A stretch of DNA of 64,000 nucleotides from an uncultured Verrucomicrobiae bacterium (GCA_963824205.1 CAWGOG010000004.1:149934-213933), one strand, 5' to 3'; counted from the first letter of the stretch, positions 20,367 to 30,430 are shown. Notes: generated by a model from the letters alone, not told the origin. Program-made: numbers and translations.

Positions 20367-21542
20367 ATGATGACAGGTTATCTCCTCGCTCGTGTGGGCG
20401 TGGATGCGCTGGTCCTGGAAAAACATTCGGATTTCAACCGCGATTTTCGCGGCGACACCATTCACCCGTCGACTCTCGATCTGATGTATGAACTCGGCCT
20501 GCTCGGCGAGTTTCTGAAGCTTCCCCACCAGCAAGTGCCTTCCCTGGCGGGAATTTTCAATGGCCACACCGGACGCATTGCCGACTTCTGGCGTCTGCCT
20601 ACCCAATGCAAATTTCTCGCCTTTATGCCGCAATGGGATTTTTTGAATTTTTTATCGGCTGAGGCGAAGAAATTCCCCTCGTTTTCTTTACAAATGGAAC
20701 ACGAGGCCACTGACCTGATCTTTGACGGAGAACGGGTCACAGGCGTGAAGGTCGAGACTCCCACTGGCTCGTCGGAGTTTTTCGCTGATCTAATAATTGG
20801 AGCCGATGGGCGCCATGCGGTGACCCATGCGCGCGCAGGTTTCGAGATCAAAGATGTAGGCGCGCCAATTGATGTACTCTGGATGCATATATCCAAACGA
20901 ACCGGTGATCCGAGTCACTTATTCGGCTTTTTTCGCCACGGCAAACTTCTCGTTCTGATCGATCGTGACGATTACTTTCAGGCAGGCTTTGTTATCCCAA
21001 AAGGCGGCATCGAATTCATCAAGCAACAGGGCCTCCCCTACTTGCACGAGCAAATCGTCGCCTTGGCGCCCTTCCTCAGAGACAGAATCACCGAGCTCGA
21101 TGATTGGTCGAAGGTCAAACTCCTGACCGTTCAAATCAATCGCCTTCGCAAATGGTACCGTGAAGGCTTGCTCTGCATCGGCGATAGCGCCCACGCCATG
21201 TCGCCCGCGGGTGGCGTTGGAATTAATCTTGCCCTGCAGGATGCCGTTGCCACCGCGAATTTGCTCGCGGCAAAATTACAAAACGGCCCGGTCTCCGTGG
21301 CTGATCTTCGAAAAATACAAAGCCGACGGGAATGGCCCACTCGTGTTATCCAGGCGATGCAGGCTTTTATTCATCGCCGTGTTGTCACTGGGCGCGAATC
21401 CAGTAGTGGCGATTCGCTCCCGTTGATCGTCAGGCTGCTCCAGTGGTTTCCGCCCCTTCGGGCGCTTCCGGCAAGATTCGTTGGAATGGGGCCGCGCCCC
21501 GAACACCTGAGCGCGCTTATTCGGAACGCCGGAATCAGATAA
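20367..21542 (+). CDS. FAD-dependent monooxygenase/oxidoreductase (N-terminus probably longer; possible 1-nt indel around 20330-20345)
   Basis: The 391-aa ORF carries DSAHAMSPAGGVGINLALQDA, a UbiH/FAD-binding monooxygenase signature. The Rossmann motif IIVGGGPAGMM is encoded immediately upstream of the first ATG, in frame but without a start codon. A GTG start in another frame (VPSSSPGSIAA) suggests a small frameshift. Confidence 0.7.
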   Translation: MMTGYLLARVGVDALVLEKHSDFNRDFRGDTIHPSTLDLMYELGLLGEFLKLPHQQVPSLAGIFNGHTGRIADFWRLPTQCKFLAFMPQWDFLNFLSAEAKKFPSFSLQMEHEATDLIFDGERVTGVKVETPTGSSEFFADLIIGADGRHAVTHARAGFEIKDVGAPIDVLWMHISKRTGDPSHLFGFFRHGKLLVLIDRDDYFQAGFVIPKGGIEFIKQQGLPYLHEQIVALAPFLRDRITELDDWSKVKLLTVQINRLRKWYREGLLCIGDSAHAMSPAGGVGINLALQDAVATANLLAAKLQNGPVSVADLRKIQSRREWPTRVIQAMQAFIHRRVVTGRESSSGDSLPLIVRLLQWFPPLRALPARFVGMGPRPEHLSALIRNAGIR

Positions 21543-21687
21543 CTTTCAAAGTAACGTTTAGCAGTGTCCCGCGCCGGCTCAGAGGCGGGAGGGTGAGGCT
21601 GACGCAGAGCGTCTCCCCAACGTTCAGCACTTGTCCCGAGCTGACTGAGCGCGAGGGAGGGTGAGTGTTGGCGCAGAGCCAAAAGGG

Positions 21688-22020
21688 TCAGTTCGGAAGC
21701 AAACTGACTTTATCGGCCACGTAATCGCCCCCGACCTTGGAATAATGAATTCGGACCTTCCGATTCGTCGTTAGGCCGGCCGCCTCGATCGTTTTTCCGT
21801 CGGTGTCGTTGAAGGTGATATTCTTGGCCAGCTTGAACTGAACCGGCGCGGTCGGCGCAAGCGTTTCCAATACCAGCGAACTAGCCGGTGTGTACTCCTT
21901 GATCGTTCCCGTCATCTCCCCGCTGGAAGAATTTGACCCGGCTGCTCCGGGAGCCTGTCCACGCATCGGCGATACAAGGAGGAAGGAGAAGGCCAGGCCA
22001 AGCGCGAGTAATGGTTTCAT
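21688..22020 (-). CDS. Hypothetical small secreted protein
   Basis: The 110-aa ORF has an N-terminal signal peptide (MKPLLALGLAFSFLLVSPMRGQA). No recognisable domain is present. Confidence 0.45.
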   Translation of the reverse strand: MKPLLALGLAFSFLLVSPMRGQAPGAAGSNSSSGEMTGTIKEYTPASSLVLETLAPTAPVQFKLAKNITFNDTDGKTIEAAGLTTNRKVRIHYSKVGGDYVADKVSLLPN

Positions 22021-22112
22021 AGTCTTTCTATCTCTTCGACACGCGGAACCTCTCCGGCCGTAAAAGATGCTAAGTCTTTCTAACGTTCAGCCCTTGTCCA
22101 GCGCCAAGCCGC

Positions 22113-22460
22113 TTACAATCCCGGTATCGGCGTGGAGGATGGCGATGGATTCAGGCCCAGCGAATCACGGGAGCCCTGGCCGTTCGCAGAATTACCGCCA
22201 TGCGCATGACGATGATGGTGCGACTCATCCGCCGTCGCGTCGTCGTGATCGGCGCAAGCTGTTGCCAGGATCGTCCAGGCCAGGCAAAGGATCGTAAAAA
22301 GCACGTTGATAATTCCCAGCCGGAACAGGTGGCGACGTTTGAATTTTTCGAACGCTCTCGCTAATTGCGCGGGGGATGCCGGTTTCGAGCTGGTCAATCT
22401 CTGAAAACGTCTGCCGTTAAATACGGCCTTGTTTTTAGCCGGTCCCTCTTTGTCGTTCAT
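22113..22460 (-). CDS. Hypothetical membrane protein with His-rich C-terminus
   Basis: The 115-aa ORF has one predicted TM helix (LGIINVLFTILCLAWTILATA) followed by HHHRHAHGG. Coding is inferred from ORF length only. Confidence 0.3.
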   Translation of the reverse strand: MNDKEGPAKNKAVFNGRRFQRLTSSKPASPAQLARAFEKFKRRHLFRLGIINVLFTILCLAWTILATACADHDDATADESHHHRHAHGGNSANGQGSRDSLGLNPSPSSTPIPGL

Positions 22461-22654
22461 CGCCGAAACTCCTTTCCGCTGAGTAGATGACCGTTGGGAC
22501 GGCCTGGCGGTTACATTTTTTTATCCGGCCCCAACAATATGACACTCGAGGCGGATGGAACGCGGCGTCTGGGTCGCTTTCCCGGCAAGAACACAGCCGG
22601 CTTTTCGCCGGCTGTCTCCAATTCACATCCGCGCCAACCTTCGTGCGTTCCGGG

Positions 22655-23155
22655 TCAGCCTGTAGGCTTCAAACTGTGCAGGATTTTACCGACTTCTTCC
22701 TGATGTTCCTTCTCCTTGGATGATGTGACCCAATAGGTCAGCACGACCACTTTATCCTTAATAGGCACGAACGAGATGCTCACCGAACACGGACCGTCTT
22801 CATCCTTACCGTGGAAGATAAGTTCCTGCACTTGCTCACCGTTAAGGTCGAACTTGCTTTCCTGTTTACTCGACTTGTCGAGATCAACCTTGTGCTCCTT
22901 GAGCATGTCGAAGGTGTCGTTGAGCTCGGCTTCCATTCCTTTGTCGCTCCCAACGGCGACAGCCGCAAGGTAAACGGCACTATCGGGGCTCTGACCCGCT
23001 GCGCCGTTGGTGACTTCTTCCGGCTCCCAGTCGCTTGGGAAATTGATCGAGGCGATGGCAAATTCATCGCTCGGTAATTTCATTGTTTTTGCGAATGTGG
23101 AAGCTCCGAGCGCAATCGAAATGGCTAATATGAGTGCGGGCACGAATTGTTTCAT
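22655..23155 (-). CDS. Hypothetical secreted protein
   Basis: The ORF 22655-23227 is annotated from its internal Met (MKQFVPALILAISIALGASTFA), which gives a clean signal peptide. No known domain was recognised. Confidence 0.45.
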   Translation of the reverse strand: MKQFVPALILAISIALGASTFAKTMKLPSDEFAIASINFPSDWEPEEVTNGAAGQSPDSAVYLAAVAVGSDKGMEAELNDTFDMLKEHKVDLDKSSKQESKFDLNGEQVQELIFHGKDEDGPCSVSISFVPIKDKVVVLTYWVTSSKEKEHQEEVGKILHSLKPTG

Positions 23156-23482
23156 GATCGCGACACAGGAAGCAGCCTTCATACCCTTGGAAAACGCTTC
23201 ATAGCGCGTAAAACGCCTGTGAGGCACACTTGTTACCTACCGCCCTTACTGCTAGGCTAACCAGGCATCGAATGACAAAGTCTTCAAAGTCGTCGCGCAA
23301 AGCCGCGCGGAAGCCGGTTCCGATGAAAGATCTGCCATCTGCGAAAGAGGTTCGCGGCGGCGCTTGCACAACTCCGCGCCCCGGGGGCCCTGTTCCCATT
23401 CCCTACCCTAATTAAGAAGGGCATTCGGGCCTGCGTTGCTGAGACAGGACGTTCGGCCCAGCCCTGTTCGATTGCCCAAATC

Positions 23483-25507
23483 ATGTTAGAGGTAATCGTG
23501 GACTCCGACTCCGCTGCCGACATCAAACTCGAGATCGGCCACGTCCTGTTCCTCGACATCGTCGGCTATTCCAAGCTGCTCATTCATGAGCAGACAGAAT
23601 TTTTGGAAAAACTCCAAAACATTGTCCGCTCCACGGCCCCATTTCGCGCCGCCCAGGAAGCGGGCACGCTCCTTCGACTTCCAACCGGTGACGGAGGCGC
23701 CCTTGTTTTCCGCGATTCTCCCGAGTCGCCGGTTCTATGCGCCGTCGAGATCGCCAAAACTCTCAGGAAAAATCCGGAACTGCGGGTGCGCATGGGCGTT
23801 CACAGCGGACCAATTCGGGACGTCACTGACTTGAATGAAAACAGCAACATTGCCGGCGCGGGCATCAACGTCGCGCAGCGTGTCATGGATTGCGGGGACG
23901 GGGGGCACATTCTGCTTTCAAAACGCGTCGCTGACGATCTTGAGCAATATGCTCGCTGGCGTCCCCTCCTCCATGAGCTCGGCAACTGCGAAGTGAAACA
24001 CGGCCTGACCCTGACCGTCTTCAATCTCTTTTCAGACGAATTTGGAAACGCCCGGCCGCCGAAGCGATTCGCTCAACAAAAGGAATCTGCGTCGGACATA
24101 ACGGCCCTGCCCGTTTCCCGTAAATCGATCGCCGTGCTCCCCTTCCAAAGTCTGAGCGAAGACAAGGCCAACGCTTACTTCGCCGACGGCATTCAAGAAG
24201 AAGTGCTCACCCGCCTCTCTCAAATCGCCGACCTCAAGGTCATTTCGCGTACGTCGACGCAGGGATTTCGTGATTCGTCCGAGAACATTCGTGAAATCGC
24301 GAAGCAACTCGGCGTGGTTAACATCCTGGAAGGCACCGTTCAAAAAGCGGGCGGCAGAGTTCGCGTCCACGTCCAGCTGATCGACGCCATCAGGGATGCT
24401 CACATCTGGGCGGAACGATACGACCGCGATCTGGTGGACATTTTTGCTGTCGAATCGGACATCGCCTCCAAGATTGCCGACGCCCTCAAGGCAAAACTCA
24501 CCGGCGCGGAACGCCGCGCCATTGCCAACCGGCCCACAAACAACACCGAAGCGCACGAATACTATCTCAGGGGCCAATACCAATGGCGAAATTTCTTCGC
24601 CCCGGGTTTTCAGCAAGTCCGCGAGCACTTCGAAAAGGCAATTGAACTCGATCCGGCGTTCGCCCCCGCCTATTCCGGCCTTGGTCTCTACCATTCCTTC
24701 GGCGCCGCCAACGCGGTTTTGCCACCGGAGAACTGGCCGTTGGCGGAAAGCGCCGTTAACAAAGCGCTCGAACTCGATGAAAACCTCGCGGAAGCCTACA
24801 ACCCGCGCGCCGCGGTCGACATCTATTACAAGCGCGACTGGCCCGCCGCCGAACGCGCATTCTTGCGCGGAGCTGAATTGAATAAAAATCTTGCCGGTGT
24901 TCGGCATCACTATGGAATTTGTCTGGTCTTGTTAGGCCGCGCCGACGAGGGCCTCGCGCAGATGCGAAATGCTGAGAACCTCGATCCGTTCTTTTCCGGA
25001 TTGCATCTTCATGCCGGGAGAGTCTTCTATTTCCTGCGCGACTACGACCAGGCCATCAAACGTTACCTTCGGGCACTCGAGCTCCAGCCTGGCAATCCGG
25101 TGGCTCATGAATACTTCGGGGACGCTTATGCGAAGAAAGGCATGTTCCGCGAAGCGATTACGCAATGGTCTGCTTCGTTAACTCTAACTGGCCAGGCAGA
25201 AACGGCCAGGGAACTCGAGCAGAGGCACTCTGAATCCGGATTCGAGGTTGCTCTTCGCCAATTTGGCACGAGGCAACTCCAAACCTATGACACGCAAACC
25301 GCCCAGGGCCTTTATATTCCCTCATGGAATTACGCCATCGCCCATATGCGCGCAGGCCATCATGATCATGCCTTCGCTTCGCTGATAACAGCGATCGATG
25401 AGCCTAACTGGTTTGCACTGCAGTTGAACGTTAACCCGATTCTCGATCCTTTGCGCGCGGACTCCCGTTTTTCGGAAATCAGCGCAAAAGTCAAACTCAC
25501 ACGTTAG
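23483..25507 (+). CDS. Cyclase-homology-domain-like / TolB-N-like domain / TPR repeat protein, with no TM segment between head and TolB-like domain
   Basis: The 674-aa ORF has the head EIGHVLFLDIVGYSKL...LLRLPTGDGGALVF...MGVHSGPIRD...AGINVAQRVMDCGDGGHILLS. It then carries KSIAVLPFQSLSEDKANAYFADGIQEEVLTRLSQIADLKVISRTS and TPR repeats. No hydrophobic helix is visible anywhere in the protein. Confidence 0.85.
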   Translation: MLEVIVDSDSAADIKLEIGHVLFLDIVGYSKLLIHEQTEFLEKLQNIVRSTAPFRAAQEAGTLLRLPTGDGGALVFRDSPESPVLCAVEIAKTLRKNPELRVRMGVHSGPIRDVTDLNENSNIAGAGINVAQRVMDCGDGGHILLSKRVADDLEQYARWRPLLHELGNCEVKHGLTLTVFNLFSDEFGNARPPKRFAQQKESASDITALPVSRKSIAVLPFQSLSEDKANAYFADGIQEEVLTRLSQIADLKVISRTSTQGFRDSSENIREIAKQLGVVNILEGTVQKAGGRVRVHVQLIDAIRDAHIWAERYDRDLVDIFAVESDIASKIADALKAKLTGAERRAIANRPTNNTEAHEYYLRGQYQWRNFFAPGFQQVREHFEKAIELDPAFAPAYSGLGLYHSFGAANAVLPPENWPLAESAVNKALELDENLAEAYNPRAAVDIYYKRDWPAAERAFLRGAELNKNLAGVRHHYGICLVLLGRADEGLAQMRNAENLDPFFSGLHLHAGRVFYFLRDYDQAIKRYLRALELQPGNPVAHEYFGDAYAKKGMFREAITQWSASLTLTGQAETARELEQRHSESGFEVALRQFGTRQLQTYDTQTAQGLYIPSWNYAIAHMRAGHHDHAFASLITAIDEPNWFALQLNVNPILDPLRADSRFSEISAKVKLTR

Positions 25508-25706
25508 CCCAATCGCTAGTTTTTATTCTCGCCGGCCATCCGAGGACCCCTCCAGGGGCCGACTTGAGTCTTACATTGGGATTTCCCGTTTCCGAGTAAG
25601 ATTACGCCTTTCATGCCGATACCCTTTGTTTGGGCGCCGGCGAACCTCTTTTGCCCGGCGGCTCAATCCTTGGTTTTCCGATTTGCGGCCGTAAACTGGC
25701 TTCGAA

Positions 25707-26279
25707 TTGGCGACCCCGTTAACGACTCCGAAGTTCTTCCCTACGCCGGAGCATTTCCGCCGATGGCTCGAGCGCAATCATGCAAAAGAAACCGCCTTGT
25801 GGGTCGGTTACTATAAGAAGGGCACCAGCCGGGGAAGCATTACCTGGCCGGAGTCGGTCGACGAAGCGCTTTGCTTCGGTTGGATTGATGGCATCCGGAA
25901 AACGATCGACGAAATCAGTTACACAGTTCGTTTCACTCCACGCCGCAAAACTAGTGTCTGGAGTGCTATCAACATCAGGAATGTTCAACGCCTGATTGAA
26001 ACCGGGCGGATGCAACCGGCCGGTTTAAAGGCGTTTGAGGCCAGGCGCGCGCATCACTCGAAAATTTATTCCTACGAACAGCGCCCACAGGATTTGCCCG
26101 ACGCGCTGATGGCGCAGATGCGGAAGCACAAGCGGGCATGGAAGTTTTTTCAGGCTCAACCACCCGGTTACCGGCGGCAGATGACGTGGTGGATCGTCAG
26201 TGCCAAAACCGAGCCGACTCAAAAGAAGCGCCTTGCGCGCCTCACCGCGGCATCGGCGCGAGAACAGCGGCTTCGTTAA
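25707..26279 (+). CDS. YdeI/OmpD-associated family protein (DUF1801-like)
   Basis: The 190-aa ORF contains FPTPEHFRRWLERNHAKETALWVGYYKK...WIDGIRKTIDEISYTVRFTPRR...TEPTQKKRLARL, the characteristic pattern of YdeI/OmdA-associated proteins. Confidence 0.65.
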   Translation: MATPLTTPKFFPTPEHFRRWLERNHAKETALWVGYYKKGTSRGSITWPESVDEALCFGWIDGIRKTIDEISYTVRFTPRRKTSVWSAINIRNVQRLIETGRMQPAGLKAFEARRAHHSKIYSYEQRPQDLPDALMAQMRKHKRAWKFFQAQPPGYRRQMTWWIVSAKTEPTQKKRLARLTAASAREQRLR

Positions 26280-26385
26280 CCGCAGAAAATTGCCCGGCAC
26301 CGATGTGTCATTCAAGTTTTTCCCATCCCTCCTATGGAACCAGATTCTTCTATCCTAAGTTCGCGAAATAAGTAGAGATGAATCC

Positions 26386-27216
26386 ATGAACCATCTCCGC
26401 GGCGCTCGAGTTTACCTCTCCGGTCCAATGGATTTCGTGGCCTCCCGTGCCGACGAAAAAGCCAGCGGCTGGCGCAACCGGGTCGGCGACTTCCTCCGCT
26501 CACTCGGCGCAGTCGTCTTCGATCCGTGGTTCAAGCCATCCGTCCGCGGCCTTCATCAATACGGACTTGAAGACGTCAACACCATCGACGTCCGCGAAAC
26601 TTGGACCTTTGAATCAAACGAAGCAGGCGATGGGACGCGTTCTGATTGCGCTGACAAATTCTGGGAGACCCTCCATATCGATCTGCGGATGGTCGATACG
26701 AGCGATTTCACCATCGCCTATGTCCCGACAAACATTTACAGCGTCGGCACGGCGCACGAGATTATCCTTTCCCGTCAACAGTCAAAACCGGTCCTGTTCG
26801 TTAGCCCACCGGTGGTCTTCCCGACTTTTGAAAAATTGTGCGAACATTTGCGGGACGATCCAAAAGGCGCGGCTCTGCTCGAGCAGCTTGCCGATGAAGT
26901 CCCCATCAAACCTAACGCGCGCGGTATTCCGAGCCTCTGGTACATGCCCCTGATCGGAAGCAGCAATTTCTTCGACGGCTTCGGGTTTGCGCAATATGCG
27001 GAGCGGTTCGGATGGGGAAAAACGCCGATCGACGAACGGGAAGAGAAACACCCACCCAAGCGCCCTCTTCTGCCGTTTATCGAGAAATTAACGACTGACG
27101 TCCCCAAGCGTTGGGACAACAAACTCAAAAAATACGTCACTAACGACGACTGGCTTCTTTGGGAATTCGATTCTGCCGGTCGACAAGGCGAAACCATCAC
27201 CGACAGCAGCACCTAG
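26386..27216 (+). CDS. Hypothetical protein, nucleoside 2-deoxyribosyltransferase-like fold
   Basis: The 276-aa ORF carries N-terminal RVYLSGPMDF and SVGTAHEIILS, resembling the xYLAGPxF ... DxGTxxExG motifs of nucleoside 2-deoxyribosyltransferase-like proteins. The call rests on weak motif similarity only. Confidence 0.45.
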   Translation: MNHLRGARVYLSGPMDFVASRADEKASGWRNRVGDFLRSLGAVVFDPWFKPSVRGLHQYGLEDVNTIDVRETWTFESNEAGDGTRSDCADKFWETLHIDLRMVDTSDFTIAYVPTNIYSVGTAHEIILSRQQSKPVLFVSPPVVFPTFEKLCEHLRDDPKGAALLEQLADEVPIKPNARGIPSLWYMPLIGSSNFFDGFGFAQYAERFGWGKTPIDEREEKHPPKRPLLPFIEKLTTDVPKRWDNKLKKYVTNDDWLLWEFDSAGRQGETITDSST

Positions 27217-27251
27217 CAATGTGACCGAGCATTCCCTCGCCCGGAATGCGA

Positions 27252-27746
27252 TTAATGCTTCTTGCCTCGCAGCGCTTGCCGTTCCGCGAGCGCGTTCAGG
27301 ATATCGACATTGCCTAACGCCCAGGCGCTATCGATTGTGATTCGCTTAAATCGCCACTTCGCGCCGTCCCGGACGAGCTCGCAATCGTAGCGGTTCATCA
27401 AGAGGGCATATTCCGTGTCAGGACGGCAGCCTTCGCGCGGCATGAAATGTTGCGACTGCACATAGGCGTAAAGCGTGGCCGTATCGCCACTGACCTCAAT
27501 CTGCAGATTGGTCGCCGAATGACTAGTGTCGAGCGGCCCTATGAGCGCCAGGACCGACTGCAAAATAGCGTCGCGTCCGGCAACAACCGGAAATCGGATC
27601 CCAAGCTTCTTTCCCGCGGGCGTGAAATCGAAGTGGCAATCTTCCGTTAAGGCCGAGGCCAGCGAATCAGGGTGGTTATGATCCAGTCCGAACGCATAAC
27701 GATGCAACGCGTCTGCGATTTCATATCGGTCGTTTGCAAGATCCAT
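27252..27746 (-). CDS. SnoaL-like / NTF2-like superfamily protein
   Basis: The 164-aa ORF reads MDLANDRYEIADALHRYAFGLDHNHPDSLASALTEDCHFDF. Its size and pattern fit SnoaL-like polyketide cyclase/NTF2 fold proteins. Confidence 0.6.
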   Translation of the reverse strand: MDLANDRYEIADALHRYAFGLDHNHPDSLASALTEDCHFDFTPAGKKLGIRFPVVAGRDAILQSVLALIGPLDTSHSATNLQIEVSGDTATLYAYVQSQHFMPREGCRPDTEYALLMNRYDCELVRDGAKWRFKRITIDSAWALGNVDILNALAERQALRGKKH

Positions 27747-27815
27747 GCAGGGCCAAGGTTAGAGGTTGGACTTCACGAAAGCCAGGAACGAAGTCGTCGA
27801 ATTAGAGAAGGTCGA

Positions 27816-29201
27816 CTACTCTTTGCCTGTCGGCCGGATGTTTTGGTTCACGCGAAAAAGATTCTGCGGGTCATACTTATTCTTGATCGCCACAAGGCGC
27901 TGGTAGTTTTCGCCGTAGGTGGCTTTGATTCGGTCTTCGCCCTCGTCCATCATGAAATTGACGTAAGCGCCGCCAGCCGAAAACGGATGCAAGGCATCAT
28001 AATAATCCTTAGTCCATTTGGTGATCTTATCTTTGTTCGCCGGATCGGGGTCCACGCCGACCATCACCTGTGCCCAGTTCGCATGCCGATAACTCCATGC
28101 AGTGTCCTTCGCATTCACGCGCGAAGCCGCGCCATTGATCGGATAAAGATGCATTGTCGATTGCCACGACGGCATCGCATTGGCAAAACGGATATGCTCG
28201 GCAATGGCAGCGTCGCTTAACTCGTTAACAAAATCCGCGCGCCAGTACCATTGCAGGCCAGGGGGATAAATTGGATCGAACATGCTTTGCAAGGCCGGCT
28301 GCGGCAGCGGTCCCACGAGATCGAGCGCCGGTTTCTTAAAGGCGCGAATAGGCTTAAAGATTTCCTCTGCCTTTGCCTGCGGTTCGGCGCAGCACCAAAC
28401 GATCCCGCACATCTTTCTAAGATGCAGATTTTCCGGGAACGGCGGGCCCGGCGGCACGCTTAAGAACGCGAAGAATCCACTCAGATCATCTGGAGCTTTG
28501 ACGATGAATTCCCGGTACCACCTCATCACCTCGGCAGCGTCGCTCAGTTCGTAAAGCATCGGGCCGCCATAGACGGTGTCGATCTCATGCAGTTTGAACG
28601 TGAAGGCTGTCACTACCCCGAAGTTTCCACCGCCGCCCCGCAGCGCCCAAAAGAGATCCGGGTTTTCGTCTGCGTTCGCGTGGACAAACCGGCCATCGGC
28701 CAGAACCACATCGGCAGAAAGCAAATTGTCGATTGTTAGGCCGCATTTCCTTGTGAAGTGGCCGATGCCGCCTCCGAGAGTCAATCCGCCCACACCGGTT
28801 GTAGAAATAATTCCGCTCGGCGTGGCCAGGCCGAAGGCATGGGTCGCGTGATCGATGTCGCCCCAAACGCAACCCGCGCCGACGGTCACTGTGCGTTTCG
28901 CCGGATCGACCCGGGCGTATTTGATTCCCGCCAGATCGATCACCAGGCCATCATCGCAAACTCCCAGGCCGGCGGCGTTGTGCCCCCCGCTGCGAATGGC
29001 GAGCCGTACTCCTTGTTCGCGCGCGAAGTTTACCGACGCGATGACATCCGCAGCATCCGCACAGCGCACAATCAAGCGCGGGTGGCGCTCGATCATTCCG
29101 TTATAGACCTTGCGCGCTTCTTCGTAATCCGCGTCACCGGGTTCAATCACCCGGCCGCGCAATGTTGCTTTGAAAGTATTGCGGGAGAGATCCGGGGGCA
29201 T
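27816..29201 (-). CDS. FAD-binding oxidoreductase, berberine-bridge-enzyme-like (FAD_binding_4 + BBE)
   Basis: The 461-aa ORF has the N-terminal FAD-binding PCMH signature RSGGHNAAGLGVCDDGLVIDL and the motif GGGGNFGVVT. It ends with a BBE-like C-terminus YVNFMMDEGEDRIKATYGENYQRLVAIKNKYDPQNLFRVNQNI. Confidence 0.85.
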   Translation of the reverse strand: MPPDLSRNTFKATLRGRVIEPGDADYEEARKVYNGMIERHPRLIVRCADAADVIASVNFAREQGVRLAIRSGGHNAAGLGVCDDGLVIDLAGIKYARVDPAKRTVTVGAGCVWGDIDHATHAFGLATPSGIISTTGVGGLTLGGGIGHFTRKCGLTIDNLLSADVVLADGRFVHANADENPDLFWALRGGGGNFGVVTAFTFKLHEIDTVYGGPMLYELSDAAEVMRWYREFIVKAPDDLSGFFAFLSVPPGPPFPENLHLRKMCGIVWCCAEPQAKAEEIFKPIRAFKKPALDLVGPLPQPALQSMFDPIYPPGLQWYWRADFVNELSDAAIAEHIRFANAMPSWQSTMHLYPINGAASRVNAKDTAWSYRHANWAQVMVGVDPDPANKDKITKWTKDYYDALHPFSAGGAYVNFMMDEGEDRIKATYGENYQRLVAIKNKYDPQNLFRVNQNIRPTGKE

Positions 29202-29332
29202 AGACGGCTATGATCGCAAATCTCTCGCTGCCAGGCAAATAACTAACGGGATCGCCGGCTGCGACGCTCTTTTCATCGGCGGAAGCCCGTTCGCCGGCTG
29301 AGTTTCATCACGGCGCCTGATTGTCGGCGAGT

Positions 29333-30391
29333 CTAATCGAGGCCGATGCTGTGCCCTGCGGCTGCGGTATCCGTCATCACTTTGTATAAAGCCGGATGCT
29401 CGAAGACGTAAAAATTTAACAGCGTCGTCACCGCCGCGGCGATATCGCCGACTTCAGCGAGCCTGCCTTCCGGTCCGCCCTTCCAAAAATTCTTCGCGTC
29501 TTCCGCGATCTCTTTCTCAACGTCCTTAAAGCCGGCTTCCCCCTGTTCCTTCGTCAGGTGTTGGATCACTTTATCGAACTCGCCGCGATCCAGCCAGACG
29601 CCGTGACACTTCGGGCACCAGTCCAGCACGACCGACGATTTTCCGAAGACCACTGAGACCAGCTTGCCGCCGTCTTTTTTCGGACAGACACGCTTGCCCG
29701 GAAGAGCTGCCGTTTTCTCAAGGTTATCGACTTCCGAATTGAGCCAGTGCAGTTGCCCAATCCCAACCTTGTTCTTGAGTTTGCGCAGCTCGTCCTTGGA
29801 CAGCCACATGCCGTGACATTTCGGGCAGCCCTCGAACTTCATCGAAAGAATCGAATAGAGATCGAGTTTGGCGCCGCATGCCGGACAGTCCTCGTCCGTG
29901 CTTTCGAGATGTTTCGCTCCGCTGATTGGTTCTACTTCCACATTAAAATCCGTTTCGCTGCTTGGTTTCCTGATCCGCTTAAACCAGTAAGGCACATGGA
30001 CGCCATTAACAAAATCGGAAAATCCATGGCCCTCGACAGGCATGATCTTGACCAGCTCCTGATCAATCAGATTTAGCTCACCTCCATCAAGCCAAAATCC
30101 GCCGCAATTTCGGCAGTGATGGAGAATGATATCGGTATTTCCGAGGAAACGAACCGGCACCAACGCCGAGCCATCGCACCTCGGACAATCCTTCGCCTTG
30201 GCTTCGGCAATGGCCGTTTCCTCTTCCGAGCAAAACTCGATCGAGCCCTCGACCTTGAAAGCCATCTTGTCGAGCTCACCACGATCGAGCCAAAGGCTCC
30301 CGCATTGCTCGCAGACGTCATAGGAAAGCTCCGCGCTCCTGGTGATAACGTCGTAGTTCACCATCTCCGACTGGCAGTTTAAACAGTGCAT
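29333..30391 (-). CDS. Protein with four tandem zinc-ribbon (zf-TFIIB-like, CxxC...CxxC-G-WLD-GEL) domains
   Basis: The 352-aa ORF has four repeats, each with two CxxC pairs followed by G(S/F/M/V)WLD(R/G)GEL(D/N)K. The motif is seen directly as CLNCQ...CEQCGSLWLDRGELDKM, CPRC...CRNCGGFWLDGGELNLI, CPAC...CPKCHGMWLSKDELRKL and CPKK...CPKCHGVWLDRGEFDKV. Confidence 0.65.
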   Translation of the reverse strand: MHCLNCQSEMVNYDVITRSAELSYDVCEQCGSLWLDRGELDKMAFKVEGSIEFCSEEETAIAEAKAKDCPRCDGSALVPVRFLGNTDIILHHCRNCGGFWLDGGELNLIDQELVKIMPVEGHGFSDFVNGVHVPYWFKRIRKPSSETDFNVEVEPISGAKHLESTDEDCPACGAKLDLYSILSMKFEGCPKCHGMWLSKDELRKLKNKVGIGQLHWLNSEVDNLEKTAALPGKRVCPKKDGGKLVSVVFGKSSVVLDWCPKCHGVWLDRGEFDKVIQHLTKEQGEAGFKDVEKEIAEDAKNFWKGGPEGRLAEVGDIAAAVTTLLNFYVFEHPALYKVMTDTAAAGHSIGLD

Positions 30392-30430
30392 GTGTTCCCC
30401 AATTTTCCTTCCCGTGTTCTTGGAGTCGTT

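Noticed and set aside
280-22090. Apparent over-representation of the heptamer CTAACGA / CCTAACG
   Set aside because: Most occurrences encode Leu-Thr-Asn in repeated paralogous contexts (TLTNSG motifs of the autotransporter and linkers of the paralogs). The recurrence is explained by shared ancestry of the repeats. It is not an independent DNA signal.
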